Positions 1 through 13,184 of a stretch of DNA of 64,000 nt are shown piece after piece. How positions within the stretch are numbered: the first letter of the stretch is position 1; each line of letters opens with the position of its first letter. The translations under genes and the position numbers were made by a program. Origin of the DNA: Octopus vulgaris (taxonomy: Eukaryota); the NCBI GenBank assembly GCA_951406725.2, contig OX597815.1:85994001-86058000 (forward strand), in the 5' to 3' direction. Under the pieces are notes generated by a model. It was not told the DNA's origin and did not search any database. It saw only the letters and a list, made by a program, of their open reading frames with translations.

Positions 1-2487
1 CAAACCAATAACTTTCTCATTAATTTTACGGCCTTGCTATTGCTACATCTACTACTCACACAGAAAGGAAGTTAAATGTCCTGCTCATGGAGTCAACAGG
101 ATGCCAATAACAGCTTTAAACCAACTACGATAACTATCTCTCCCTCCTCATTCTTTCACATTTATAGTTACCGCTATCAATTTGGGCAATCCTGGATATC
201 TTTGTTGTTAATTCCTTTGTCAACTCTAATCATACAACAGAGTTGAAGATGTGACATCCATTTGTTGTAGATTATCTACGTCTACTTTCTATGTTATATA
301 CGTTCCTTTTCATTCATGGCAATTATTGTCTTTCCATGACGTATCTTGGAATACGATCCATAATGAATTCTTTTCTTTTTGAAAACAGTAATTTATGGTA
401 TGTGTATACACACACACACACACGCACACACACATCTCGACGAAGATGATGTGTGAGTGTTCAGTTTTTGCACTCTGCACAAACTATTCGTTTATATTGA
501 TCGAATCTACCTGCTGTACATCACCTCATTCCTTACATTAAATAGACTTTGCGTGTAAGTGACTACAAATAGAATATTTCCAATTTTATCTTTGCAGGGA
601 TTGAGATGGATTGTCTGTAACTTAGGGATTGGGATTTCTTTTGGTGTGGCTATGGCATTATTTTTTAATATTTTTATTCCCTGAGAACTATTCTTAGTCC
701 TCTCTCTCTCTCCTATTAGTCTTCTTTCTCTTTCTCTCTCTACATGAATTTATAACTATTGAGTACAGATTTCTTACCGTCTTATATATAATATTTCTTT
801 TAATATGGGATGTATCTAAATATCTAAAATTTAAGTATTGGTCTGTGTTCGTGTCTTTGCTGTATGGATAGGTTATAATTGTTTTATTATTTTTAATTAC
901 CAAAATTCCCTATAACGAAAGTTGTCTTTCATTAATTTCCACGGTGAATTGCTTTGATTAGCGAAAACACTTTATTAACTTAAATCATTTTGTACGGTCC
1001 TCCCTACTTCTGTTCAAGTAAAATATGAAGTTCTAAACTATTAACTTTTATCCAGTTTTCTTTTTAAAAGTATTGGAAATGCTCGTGGAAGAATGGATAT
1101 TTCCCTACGAGGAATCCGATCACTAGTGCTATAAATGTGGGTGCAAATATCGTGTCCATTACAAGCAATATTGATTATCCAAGTAGAAGTAGCTGTTCTC
1201 CAGCACCAATTGTAATCCTTCTCGTATAAACTGTTTTGAGAATCTCTCCTGAATTATGTGCGGGTGTTTGCCTAATAAGAATTCCACTGTATCTAATCTC
1301 AATCCCCCAGGCAATGTTTGTGTAGAGGCTAGTCACGTTGAAAGTGACCAAATTCAGTGCTCTACTTACTCGTTTTAGAAACTTTATTTAGGTAGTACAT
1401 AATTGATCTAATCTGGTATGAATTATTGAACTTCTGCCTTTTTTGTCTACGTCTGAAGAATTTTGGATTGTCTCCTTTTAATTATTTCGTGATCCGACAT
1501 GTAAATTATTACGGAAGGAGATACAGTTCTTTGTGCTGTTGTGAAGTTGTATATTTTAAAGATTTTTATGCTCTATTTTTAGTTTTCACTTATTTTGTTC
1601 CGTAATTGGCCCCCATGCACCTGGAATTTCTGCTTCTATATTTGGTTTAGTTTCCCCAATTTGTATATCGATTTTCCATAAGTCTAATTTTTTTCTTGCG
1701 TTTTTTCTACCATTTATTCGATGATTTCCTCTTACATTATAGAGTAGAAAGTTTTGGCATTCAGGTACTCCAGGTCATAGTATGATGATTTCCACATCAA
1801 ATGTTTGAAGTGGGAGAGTTATTCCTATTTTAGTTTCCTCATATGATTTTGATCTTACATTCTCAACACTGAATTTATGCGGAAAAATAACTTGCTCATA
1901 GTTTTTCTATTCTTAGTATGTATCAGCAAGATGTTTCTTCGTAAGTGACTTGCGGTGTGAAAGTTTTCCGTAACTTAATTTATTCCACGTATTTTTCACC
2001 TGGTTCCTTCTTTTGTACATTTCATTCTTCGACTGGATTCTATTCCATTCCTTTATTTTGCAGTGCTCTGGTGTTACTGCTTTCACGGTAATCGTATTAG
2101 AAGCTTTTGTAGAATTAGCATTTGCAGTGTGTTTTAAATGTGAATATCGTTCACACTTTTCCCCGAAAATACGGGTTTGTTCTATTTCTCGAAATGTTGA
2201 TGTAAGTTGTATCTGTTCATAAGAATCATCTGTTTAGTCGACATTCTCTCTCACTTGCTCTCTCTCTCTCGCCCTACCCGAAATGGTCGTGACTTCTAGG
2301 ACTTCACTGATGAAAGAAAGCCAAGAATGACCCGTCTTTTTTTGCCTGTCCTTCTAATTGTTGTTTCTCTTGTTCGCCTTTGTATCGTCTATCTGTCCGA
2401 ATATATATATATATATATATATGTGGGGATCGTTTGTAGGAAACATAAATCCGGAGAAGAAGCACACTCTAAGATGTAGAGGGATAC

Positions 2488-2775
2488 TAATACTAATAAT
2501 ATTGACGATATATCTTCGAAGTTTCATTCCCTGGTGAAACTCCATGTATTTTTAGGTCGTTCAGAGTAGAAGGAGTTCAAAATTGTGGGATCCGACCTCG
2601 TTTTCGAGGTTATTTTTGTAGTAAAAAAGAACTTATGTACAACAAACATACTTTATTTGGTAGCCGTAAGATTACTGAATGTTTTGATACATCGTACGTC
2701 AAAATCGGCACCTCAGTTTTCGAATCCATAAGGAACACGCGCACATACACAAAAACTTTGTTTTGTTATATAATA
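2488..2775 (-). mobile_element. Helitron-like non-autonomous 5' fragment (inverted partner of 3847-4166)
   Basis: Reverse-complement similarity to 3847-4166 over ~290 bp, clearly diverged. Confidence 0.5.
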
Positions 2776-2829
<54 letters not shown>

Positions 2830-2989
2830 GTGGGGAAGGCCGGTTTATGGGATTACCTTGCGTTTTCCGTCCCTAAAGGGTTTAGCTTTAAGGTCTATCG
2901 TCAAATTCCAACACCTGTTCGCCTAAAACCTCTTCAAAATATGGAGGGGGAAAAGCCTCGCTACAAAAGTAAACAATAGGGGATTATTT

Positions 2990-3810
2990 CCCTTTGCTAT
3001 TGTGTATCGATTTCTGGTTGTGCCGCCATCTTGCAGGTCCCAAAATACTAGCAGAAATTTCCTAAAATGTAAACAGGACCCGAAATTTTCCGTTTTCGAG
3101 TTAAGGATGCTCCCTGGTGCTAGCGACTCTTTTACGATTCTCGCGCATTCAGCTATGCATAACTTGCAACGCTTCATTTCGTTGATGTAGAGGCCTGGGT
3201 TCTCAAGGATTTTGCATGATATCGAGTATAAGATTCTATCGTCTTTTACTTGTCAGACGTAGCTGGCCAGCGATGTTACGTGACAACTCTTATAGCAGCA
3301 GTAACAGATCCAGTGTGACAACACCAGCTATAACGGCAGTAACAGCAGCAGCAGTAACAGCAGCCCAAGCAGCAACACCAGCTAATGACACCTCTAGCAG
3401 CAGTAGCAAGTCCCCCACCACTAGCGAAGACCGCAATAACATCAACAACAATAACAAAAATATTAACAACAACAGCGCCTTTAGCATAAATGGCAGAGGC
3501 GATAACATTACCGACGCCAACAACAGTAGCCCCAGCCCCAGGAATAGCAATATCGGTGACAGCTGCAGCAACAACAGTGACAACAAAAACAACAACAATA
3601 ACAACAACAACAACAACAACAGGTGCAGCACCGACAACAGGCGCCCAGGGAAATACATCGGATGTATCGGAAAGGATATACATAACATCGCTTGCCAGTC
3701 ATGTCAAGCAGCTAAGAGACAATGGGATTCCATACTCGATCTCATGGGAAATCCTCGAAACTCCAGGCTTCTACATCAACGGGACAAAGCGTAAAATCTC
3801 ACTCGAACCA
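2990..3810 (+). pseudogene. Decayed Penelope-like element C-terminus (GIY-YIG endonuclease relic) with expanded (AAC)/(CAG) simple repeats
   Basis: KYIG at ~3651 is followed in another frame by TSLASHVKQLRDNGIPYSISWEILETPGFYINGTKR, matching the PLE endonuclease pattern T.LS..IW.LK.....Y.I.W.IL....Y..G.KRC. Upstream FLVVPP..RS.NTSRNFLK resembles the PLE WFNPP..N.GR.FL motif. Confidence 0.6.
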
Positions 3811-3846
3811 GGTAACATTCTTAACTCCATTATTATATATATATAT

Positions 3847-4166
3847 TTTATATAATAAAACAAGGTTTGTGTATGTGTATGTGTATGTTTGTGTGCGTAT
3901 GTTCTTCATAGATTCGAAAACTGAGGCGCCAATTTTGACGTATGAGGTTTCAAAACATTCAGTAATATTACGGCTACCAAATAAAGTATGTTTGTTGTGC
4001 ATAAGCTCTTTTTTACTACAAAAATAACCTCGAAAACGAGGTCGGATCGCAGAAGTTTGAGCTCTTTCTACTAAGGGAGACAACTCTGCCTAAACGACCT
4101 TACGATACATGGAGTTTCACCAGGGAATGAAATTTCGAAGATATACCGTCAACATTATTAGTATTA
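3847..4166 (+). mobile_element. Helitron-like non-autonomous 5' fragment
   Basis: Start of the form TATATAATAAAAC..GTTTGTGT..GAAAACTG..CCAATTTTGACG, as recalled for non-autonomous Helitron 5' ends. A second copy lies at 2488-2775. Confidence 0.5.
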
Positions 4167-4631
4167 TTTATTAGATAATTGTTTAATGTGAAGTATGTTT
4201 GTCTGTGTTTGTTTAGCCCACAGTTGCAGACGCATCGCATAATTTTTTTCTTACTGAAATACTATAACTCTGCCTTTCTTATGATGAAACGATGTGTTTT
4301 AGGAGAGATTTGACTGTTATTTGTTGTAGCACAAGTTACTACAGGGACAACTGTGTGTGTGTGTATCTTGTTGGGGTGAAGAATATACTTTTTCTCAGTA
4401 TATTTTGCACAATAATATTTAAAGAAATCTGGACATCTTTGTTACTGCTAACCATTCAATTTCAAATTATAATTGTAAATTTTTGAAAGTCAAGTAGACT
4501 GAGATGTATGTATAATGTTATTGTATAGAGTGGAAGTCCAACACGAAGTTTTGATCTCATTATCCTGTGGTTAGTAATCCATTACCTTGAATTTAAAGCC
4601 ATTAAGTCTTTAAACAATATTTTCTAGGAAT

Positions 4632-4776
4632 TGAGTTCAAATTACGCTGAGGTCGACTTTGCCTTCATCCTTTCGGGGTCTATAAATTAAGTACCAGTTG
4701 CGTACTGGAGTCGATCTAATCGACTGGCCCCTCCCCCAAAATTTTGGGCCTTGTGCCTAGAGTAGAAAAGAAAAGA
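4632..4776 (+). mobile_element. Family B SINE
   Basis: GAGTTCAAATT..GGTCGACTTTGCC..GGCCTTGTGCCTAGAGTAGAAAAG. Confidence 0.8.
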
Positions 4777-4975
4777 ATATTTTACTGGGTTTAGTCTTTT
4801 GACTGTCACCATGATGGGGTATCACCTTCAAAAATTTAATTGATCATACTGACCTCAGTACGTATTTCAATCTGGCATTTATTTTATAGATATCTGCTTG
4901 ATGAACTGCTAACTTTGAGACACAATGGGACACAATGCTCGATTTTGCAACAAATGTAAACACGCACACACATTA

Positions 4976-5122
4976 GGTGCAAGAATGACTGTGGTTGAGA
5001 AGTTTCCTTCCCAACCACATGGTTCCTTGTTCAGTCCATCTGCATGGTTCCTTGGGCAAGAGATTTCTAATATAATCCTAGGCCAACCACAGACTTGTGA
5101 CTGAATTTTGTAGACGGAAAGT
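4976..5122 (+). mobile_element. Family A SINE, degenerate 5' part
   Basis: CCCAACCACATGGTTCC..CTTGGGCAAG..TAGACGGAAA. Confidence 0.7.
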
Positions 5123-5336
5123 GCAGCGTTGTTCATTAGAAAATGTGTATAAAGAAGAGTTGTTTGTTTCATACTCCCTGTCGATTCTGCCCATAAGAAA
5201 GGAACAAATAATACAACACACATAGCATGGCCATACTGGTTGCAAACACTCAAAACAGAGTGATATTGTAATATTTATACTTCATAATACTTATGCCCAA
5301 CGCTAAGTTTGTATACTTTCTCAATTCATGTTGCAG

Positions 5337-5399
5337 ATGTTTCATTGTGTCATTCGTCAGATGGTTTAACCAAGAGCGGAATCATCACTAGAGATTGTT
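5337..5399 (+). CDS. Possible isolated 63-nt phase 1-1 host exon (DVSLCHSSDGLTKSGIITRDC)
   Basis: TTGCAG acceptor after a pyrimidine-rich stretch, GTAAGG donor, length divisible by 3, open frame. No homology recognised. Confidence 0.25.
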
Positions 5400-6334
5400 G
5401 TAAGGTGATAATATCAATTGTTCTTTTTTAAACTCTTTTCACTTCCTTTCCTGAAAGGTTTTGCTTCCAGTAGATTATCTAGAAGTGGCACAATTATTAA
5501 ATATTTAAGTTATAAAATATTGTGTGTGTCTGTATTGAAATGCTTTTGCAATTTTTATAGACATAGGAATAATTTATAGTAACGATGAAAATTCCCGCCA
5601 CTGAACAGTAATAGCATGGTGTATCTTGTCTTTTAAAAATATGTGCCCGATTTTATTTACATTTACAAAAGTAATTTATGAACTACTTTTCTGATGATTA
5701 ATTTACATGACTATATTGTAATTTAATATGCACGTGTAACAATTATTATGGATACTAATGTAAAACGTTAATACTATAAATGTAATAGTTACTGGCATTA
5801 AAGCAGTTGGAGATATATCTTCACTTTCTTGAATATTACTAGCTAATTACTGATGTCTCTCAGTTAGCTGACTTTCACAGCAGTACATATATTTCCTCTG
5901 CTTTAGAAACATAAATCCCTGCTTTTATTGTTCATTTAGCTGCAGATCGTCTAGCAAAATTACTTGTTCCAGGGTAGTCCTTTATATTGTATTACCTATT
6001 TATAAACAAAGAATTAAATACATAAATCAACAAATAAATAAACGAAAAATAATCAGAGGGAGATTACAAATAAATTGACCTCTTAGCGAAACCCTTGGAA
6101 ACGTTTTATATGATATAATACAGACAAATCAATTAGTTTTATCCGTTAAGACACTACTTGACATTTGGAACTCGATATCCAACTTAGAAATAAGTTGTAT
6201 CCAATACAAGAACATATAAGAGACAACGTTTCCAGTATTTATCTGCATCTAACGGATGCTTAGAGACTAATGCGTTGCTACTGTAGTTTTCTTTTCAATT
6301 TCCCACCTTACGTATTATATCCCCTGTCTCTTAC

Positions 6335-6500
<166 letters not shown>

Positions 6501-7848
6501 CTTGTTGCGTTATTTATTCCCTCGTCTGCACATAGAGAGCGATACACATTAGATATTTTTGTTTTATTTAGTTTATTAGAAATTAACTAAATTGCCATAT
6601 CCCTGCAGCTTTTGGGCAATGCAGAAAAACACGATAAGATGTCAAAGTCCTTAATAACAAGTAGCCATTTTTTAAAGACTAAATGACAATTGGTCGCAGA
6701 ATCTGATGGATGACTTTCTTAAAGAAAACCACCCACAAACACTCAGAAAACAACAGTCACGACAAAAACAATAACATCCACCAGGGCATTAAAAATAACA
6801 ACGCCAATGACGACAACAACAAATTAACGTGGAAGACTAATACAAAAACAATAAGGACAGTAACAACAACAACAATATGAACAATAATAATAGTACCAAC
6901 AGCAAATATAAAAAGAAGAAAACAGTGAAACAAAAAAAAAACAGAAATGGAGTGGAGTAAACAAAGCAACAAAAATACTTATATATCAAGTATACCAACA
7001 AAAATCGATCAATCAATTATCTGGAACTTATCGTAAATAACATATCAGATATTCCTCTAGCTATAACAGCAGCTTGAAACCAATTAAAGTTTCCGTTGTA
7101 TTTCGCCAGTTCTTTTAACTCGCCAACTACATGAAAATCTAAGTCTGACAGATAGAAATACATATCAAATCAACTAATGTAGATTCCTCTAGTTAGTCTT
7201 CTTGGAATCGGCGTTTCATTCACAAAGTATTAGGACGTAGATCGCAGAGTATATATTCCATATATATCACATATGTATGCCTGAATGTGCCAGCGAGAGA
7301 AAGAGAACTCCGTACGTTAAAAGTTGGACATAAACTGCGTTACTTATCCATGGATATAATTTTATGGATGAATGCACATATGTACGTGTATATATATATA
7401 TATATATATATATGTAAGTGTATGTGTATATGTATGTATATATGCAGGTCTTTCTATGTATGCATGCATGTATGTATGCGTATATGTATATGTATGTATG
7501 TATGTGCGTGTGTGTATGTGTGTGTGCATGTGCATGAGCTTATGTATGTATGTATGTATGAATCTATATATGTATATCTGAATATATATGTATATATGTT
7601 TGTTTTTTTCTTTAGGATTTATCTTAGTTTCCACCTTCATATAATTCAAGCTAGTCACTAAGAAAGTGTTTAAATCAAGTCAGGTCTAGAAGGTTAGGTG
7701 TATCTCTCTGTAGATATGATTGTGTACCTGTTCAGCCCAAGATTCTTAAATGGACAATCTCCTAAATGTTTTAGACATTATCATTGAAATTTTCTCTAAT
7801 CGATTCTATTTGGAAAATGAGAATTATTTGCGTACCTGATTACATACG

Positions 7849-7896
<48 letters not shown>

Positions 7897-7923
7897 AAAT
7901 ATGCAACAGGATATCTAGAGGTG

Positions 7924-8011
7924 ATGCAGTATGACCATTTCAAGCGGCGCCATTTAATTGAACAATGCAATCATTGCATCAATTTAAATGCAAAGCTATC
8001 CTCAGCTGCAT
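7924..8011 (-). ncRNA. Type I hammerhead ribozyme with long stem II
   Basis: Minus strand ATGCAG-CTGAGGA-TAGC...(long hairpin)...GCTT-GAAA-TGGTCA-TA-CTGCAT. Stem I is 6 bp perfect. Confidence 0.75.
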
Positions 8012-8124
8012 AAAAACTAAATAGAATTAATTTAGTCAGTCGGAAAACTTACTTTGAAATTGTACGGATAATAGCGTACTAATTTTTGGTGCCTCAACTT
8101 AAGTGCCTAATTCATCTGAATCTC

Positions 8125-8209
<85 letters not shown>

Positions 8210-8293
8210 TAATTATTTCTATGTTTATGTTTTTCACTGTTTGATTTGCCTATAGTAGTTTTATCTCTAATTTAATATATATATATATATCTA

Positions 8294-8829
8294 AAATGAG
8301 GGTGAGAAATTTGATATTAATTTAATTAACATCAATTTCACACCAGTGGTCTAGCATATAAAAATCTGAAGGTTCAGTAAAATTTCATTATATACATATG
8401 AGGGGGATGACCACTATGTGAGCAACCCCTATGCTAGAAGCAGATCCGCTGTGGTCTTACCACTAAGAAATGTTCTCAAGAAATGTTTAGCAAACTAAAA
8501 CTGCAGAAAATAATCTGCTGCAGTGGCTTTTGCCAGTTAGAGAACGTATTAATTCAAATTCAAATTTTAAATGAGGGTGAGAAATTTGATATTAATTTAA
8601 TTAACATCAATTTCACATAAGTGGTCTAGCATATAAAAGTCTGAAGGTTCAGTAAAATTTTATTATATACATATGAGAGGGATGACCACTTATTGCTTTT
8701 CTTTTTTCTTGCTCGATTACGTTCTGGAGTTTGCTAAATTTTTCTTGAGAACATTTCTTAGTGGTAAAACCATAGCGGATCTACTTCTAGCATATGTATA
8801 TAATACAATTTACTGAACCTTCAGACTTT
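8294..8829. repeat. 275-bp-period direct repeat plus inverted fragment (pLTR-like architecture)
   Basis: 8294-8415 matches 8569-8690. 8728-8829 is the reverse complement of parts of 8430-8497 and 8636-8675. Starts at a (TA)n tract. Confidence 0.75.
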
Positions 8830-9354
8830 ACTGTAAGAAATTTTGGGATAAATGTATAGATTATGGGAGGTAACGTATACGAAATCCTAATAGTGATCTC
8901 CCTTACATTAGTCCGTCTTGAAATCTTAGTAAGAAGTTGTGTACACAATGAATTGATAAATTTGATTTGCATTAGAAGTTGCGTACACCACTAATTAATT
9001 TCTTAATATTTTCATGTGAGAATGATCGTACACATCCAAATATATTACATACATATACTTTTTGACGTGCATTAACTTGAAAGGATTAAGAAATTATTCA
9101 GTTCATGGTATACGCAACTCCTTACGAAGATATCAGAGACTAGGATTTTTTTACAAGTTACCTTCCATATGTTGTACATTATTTTTTATATAAAAATCTC
9201 TTATAGTCCCGAGTAGCTTCATATATTCTCATCTAAAATGTAAAAGGGTATCAACATTTCATGTGGTAGGCTTGATAATTGTTGAGAGAATTAAACCCAG
9301 TATGAAATCAATGGTAGCCTTGTTAGCACACAAATAAAGGATACACATACATAT

Positions 9355-9517
9355 AGTGCAGGCGTGGCTCTGTGCTAAGAAGCTTGCTTCCCAGCCACAT
9401 AGTTCTGGATCCGGCCCCCATTGTGTGGAACCTTGCGCAAGTGTCTTCTTCTATAGCCCTGGGCCGACCAAAGACTTGTCAGTGCATTTGGTTGACGAAA
9501 ACTGAAAGAAGCATGTC

Positions 9518-9610
<93 letters not shown>

Positions 9611-9920
9611 CATGTCTTTGTATCTGTGTTTGACACCCCCTTCCTCAGTTACGGGGACACAAACACACCAGCATCTGTTGTCAAGCAATGCTATGGGGAC
9701 AAACACAGACACACAAACACACACACGCATACATATATATATATATATACATATATACGACGGGCTTCTTTCAGTTTCCATCTACCAAATCCACTCACAA
9801 GGCATTGGTCGGCCCGAGGCTATAGTAGAAGACACTTGCCCAAGGTGCCACACAGTGGGACTGAACCCGGAACCATGTGGTTGGTAGACAGGCTACTTAC
9901 CACACAGCCACTCCTGCGCC

Positions 9921-9987
<67 letters not shown>

Positions 9988-10215
9988 GTGTGTGTGTGTG
10001 CATGTCTTTGTATCTGTGTTTGACACCCCCTTCCTCGCTTCACAACAGATGTTAGTGTGTTTACGTCCCGTAGCGTAGCGGTTCGGCAAAAGAAACCGAT
10101 GAAATAAGTACTAGGTTTAAAAAAAATAAGTCCTGAAGTTGATTTCTTCGACTAAAATCCTTCAACACAGTGCTCCAGCATGGCTGCAGTCAAATGACTG
10201 AAACAAGTAAATGAA
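9355..10215 (+). mobile_element. tRNA/CORE-type SINE (family A) interrupted by an inverted copy of the same family
   Basis: GGCGTGGCT..TAAGAAGCTTG head, CCTTG.GCAAGTGTCTTCT core, internal (TA)n/(TG)n, and tail GCTCCAGCATGGC..CAAATGACTGAAACAAG. Confidence 0.85.
9647..9920 (-). mobile_element. Family A SINE, 5' portion, inverted
   Basis: Minus strand starts GGCGCAGGAGTGGCTGTGTGGTAAG at 9920. Confidence 0.85.
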
Positions 10216-11713
10216 TATAATATAATATATATGCAGCATTATATCGTATATGCTATAAGTATTTTCAATATTTACGGTAATGTAAGTACTAATTTTTAAA
10301 TTCTATTTGTTTCTTTCTTTATAGATAACATTATATACGGTAGTTAAATTCGTATCGATTATACCCTTTAAGATTATTTTTTATCAGACTCATTTCAGCT
10401 ACTGCGTGTTGTATAAATTCAAAAGGAGTTTCTCAGCAACAAAAGGGGAGAGAAGTAACTCCTTCTGTCTCTGGGATATACTTTAAGTGTCCAGACGTGC
10501 CAATGATGGTTTGTTCAGACTCGTTTGGGATATTTTTGTCTTGTAGATTCCGATCGATCTTGAGTAACACGTTCTGTCAATATTAAGCCTCATAGTGTAG
10601 GAGAATCCAAAGTACACTGCATGAGAATTAGCAAAGCAGTTAAATTAATGTCACACACCGATCATAAAATACCTGCGTGAGCTTCGAGAAGTGTTTACAT
10701 AATCTGACTGCTGATATATACATACATACATATACATACACGCACTCACACATATATACATGTGTGCGTGTGTGTATGTGTGTTCGTCTGTATAAAGATC
10801 AGGCATCGTATTTCAACTCTGAATTACCTCGTTTTAAAATATTTCGCATAATTTAAATGCTAAACTCTATCAGTTATTTTCAGGGTTCATAACGTATAGC
10901 TTAAGCTGTCTTTAATTCCCATCGCTTATTAAATTATATGAAGGAATTTCTTCACATTTAATATTGGAGTCGTTTGTACCAGACAATGTTTAACTGAAAA
11001 TCAATTCGATTCACAAATCGTAATTTGATCTCCCGCATTTTTTCTATGCCACTCTCACTATAGCACTTGTCAAGATACACATTGTTTATTAAATTTGAAT
11101 GATTAATTGTACAAAATGCTTCTCAATCACATTAACAAAAATTCTTTAAGAATTTCCTAACTTTTCTAAGCACTAGTCTTGTCACTGTCTATCACAAAAT
11201 GTATTTCTTGCCTTTTAAATTACGCGATTCATAGTCATGAAGTGTGTGAGGCTGAAGATCGATAGACAGTGGGTTCCATTCTCGATCCGGACAAGGCACT
11301 TGGTCATTGAAGATGTTTGATTTCACGTTAGTCCATCTCTTGAAAATCTCAGATTTGCTTCGATTACATGAGCTTGTTGGCTTGAAGTAGATGATACTAC
11401 ACATAACGTTTGGATTCATTTATGCATTAACATTGATTTTGAGGACAAGAGATTTTGGCAAATGTTATAGCCTTCACACACACACACACACAGACACACA
11501 TACGCAAACACACCAGTGCGCACATTGTACACAGTGGTGTTTGGAACGAACATGAGAATACAGGCTCACGCGGACTCAAGTTATTCCTCTCTACTTGCCA
11601 CTACTGAATAGTTTTAAGCCTCATTACCTATCACATATCTGGACCCATAGTCATAGTATAGTCGACACATACATCCTTTTATGTATGTGTGTTAGAATGT
11701 ATGTATGTATGTG

Positions 11714-11782
<69 letters not shown>

Positions 11783-12023
11783 ATATATATATATATATAT
11801 ATATAATGATTATAATTATTAGGGAATATTACTTCCGAGTGCAGAGGAAAAGACATTCAAATTAGATGTACTAAAATGAACATCTCTCAATGTATAATTC
11901 GTATATATAAAATTAGTTTAAGAGACAGAACCACCTTCAACTCAATCAACCACACCATAAAATGTTAAATATTAAATCTTATATTAACTAAATCTATTCT
12001 GAATCACGTATTTTCAGTTTATA

Positions 12024-12091
12024 AGACTGCACGTGTTTCATGAAAGTACATCGATATTGATCGGGTCGACATTCTCGCAATCTTCAGGTCT
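12024..12091 (-). ncRNA. Degenerate hammerhead ribozyme (U16.1 changed to C)
   Basis: Minus strand AGAC-CTGAAGA-TTGCGAGAATGTCGA...TCGATGTACTTTCAT-GAAA-CACGTG-CA-GTCT. Confidence 0.6.
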
Positions 12092-12297
12092 GGATTCCTC
12101 TACAATTTTCACTACCCCTATCTCTTATATACCTCCATGATACTCTATATCTTGAATATAATCTTACTTAACATATAGAAATGAATAGAAATACATATAT
12201 ATGTTAAGTAAGATTATATTGAAGACATAGAGTATCATGAAGGTATATAAGGGGTAGGGCTAATGAAAATTGTAGAGGAATCCAAATATGAAGATTC
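12080..12297. repeat. ~100-bp inverted repeat overlapping the degenerate hammerhead
   Basis: 12080-12177 vs 12199-12297 (GGATTCCTCTACAATTTTCA / TGAAAATTGTAGAGGAATCC). Confidence 0.8.
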
Positions 12298-12299
12298 CT

Positions 12300-12605
12300 A
12301 GACCGGGCGTCGTGAGTGTTTATTGAGCGAAAACACCTAAAGCTCCACGAGGCTCCGGCAGAGGGTGTGGCGAACCCTGCTGTACTCTTTCACCACAACT
12401 TTCCCTTACTCTTTCATCCTATTTCTGTTGTACCTGTATTGCAAAGGGCGAGTCTTGTCACACTCTGTGTCACCCTGAATCTCCCCGAGAACTACGTTAA
12501 GGGTACACGTGTGTGTGGAGTGTTGCACGTTAATTTCACGAGCAGGATGTTCCGTTAATCGGTTCAACTGGAACCCTCGTCGTCGTAACTGACGCAGTGC
12601 CACGA
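12300..12605. repeat. GC-richer interspersed repeat, probably SINE-like
   Basis: Sharp composition shift that truncates the pLTR-like inverted repeat. Single copy in this window; family not established. Confidence 0.35.
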
Positions 12606-12753
12606 TATATATATATCGTAACATATAATTGTCAACCAAGTGTGGCGTCTTATACGGGACAGTGCTACTGACGTTTATAGCCCCAGGAAGACATCTCTTC
12701 CAGCTGGCTAACGACACACATTCTGTATCCGATTAGGTACTACTGCTGATGCT

Positions 12754-12754
12754 G

Positions 12755-12810
<56 letters not shown>

Positions 12811-12848
12811 GATGATGATGATGATGATGAGGATGATGATGATGATGA
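12754..12848. repeat. (CTA)n(GAT)n compound microsatellite
   Basis: Direct reading. Confidence 0.95.
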
Positions 12849-13184
12849 CAAGAGTTTGGAGAAGCTACAATAGACAGAGGAAAGTGATGCGTATAATTAA
12901 GACGATATATCACGTTATTACCGATAAAGCAACCACTGAAAAAGGAATTCAAGTTAGATTATAAAAAAAATTGAAGACTAAATCTTTCATAATTTAAACG
13001 GATTTATTCACTACGTATATATATCTTCCTTTAATTCAGTTATTTCTAAATACTTCAAAAACTACATAAGTGAATGCAATTAAAAATAAATAGATAACTT
13101 GCAATACATTTTCTACCATACGTAATCTTCAATAAATTACTCTGACACCAATCGCTGCACACACGCACGCGCACACACACATCT

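Noticed and set aside
600-2230. Strand-biased, coding-like relic (possible LINE ORF1) on the minus strand
   Set aside because: Many stops and no diagnostic motif I could confirm.
3216-3794. 192-aa Asn/Ser/Ala-rich ORF and overlapping ORFs as a host gene
   Set aside because: A trinucleotide-repeat expansion open in most frames. The only conserved motifs belong to a frameshifted Penelope endonuclease.
10399-10586. Open frame after a TTCAG acceptor as a terminal exon
   Set aside because: Length is within chance expectation and no homology was recognised.
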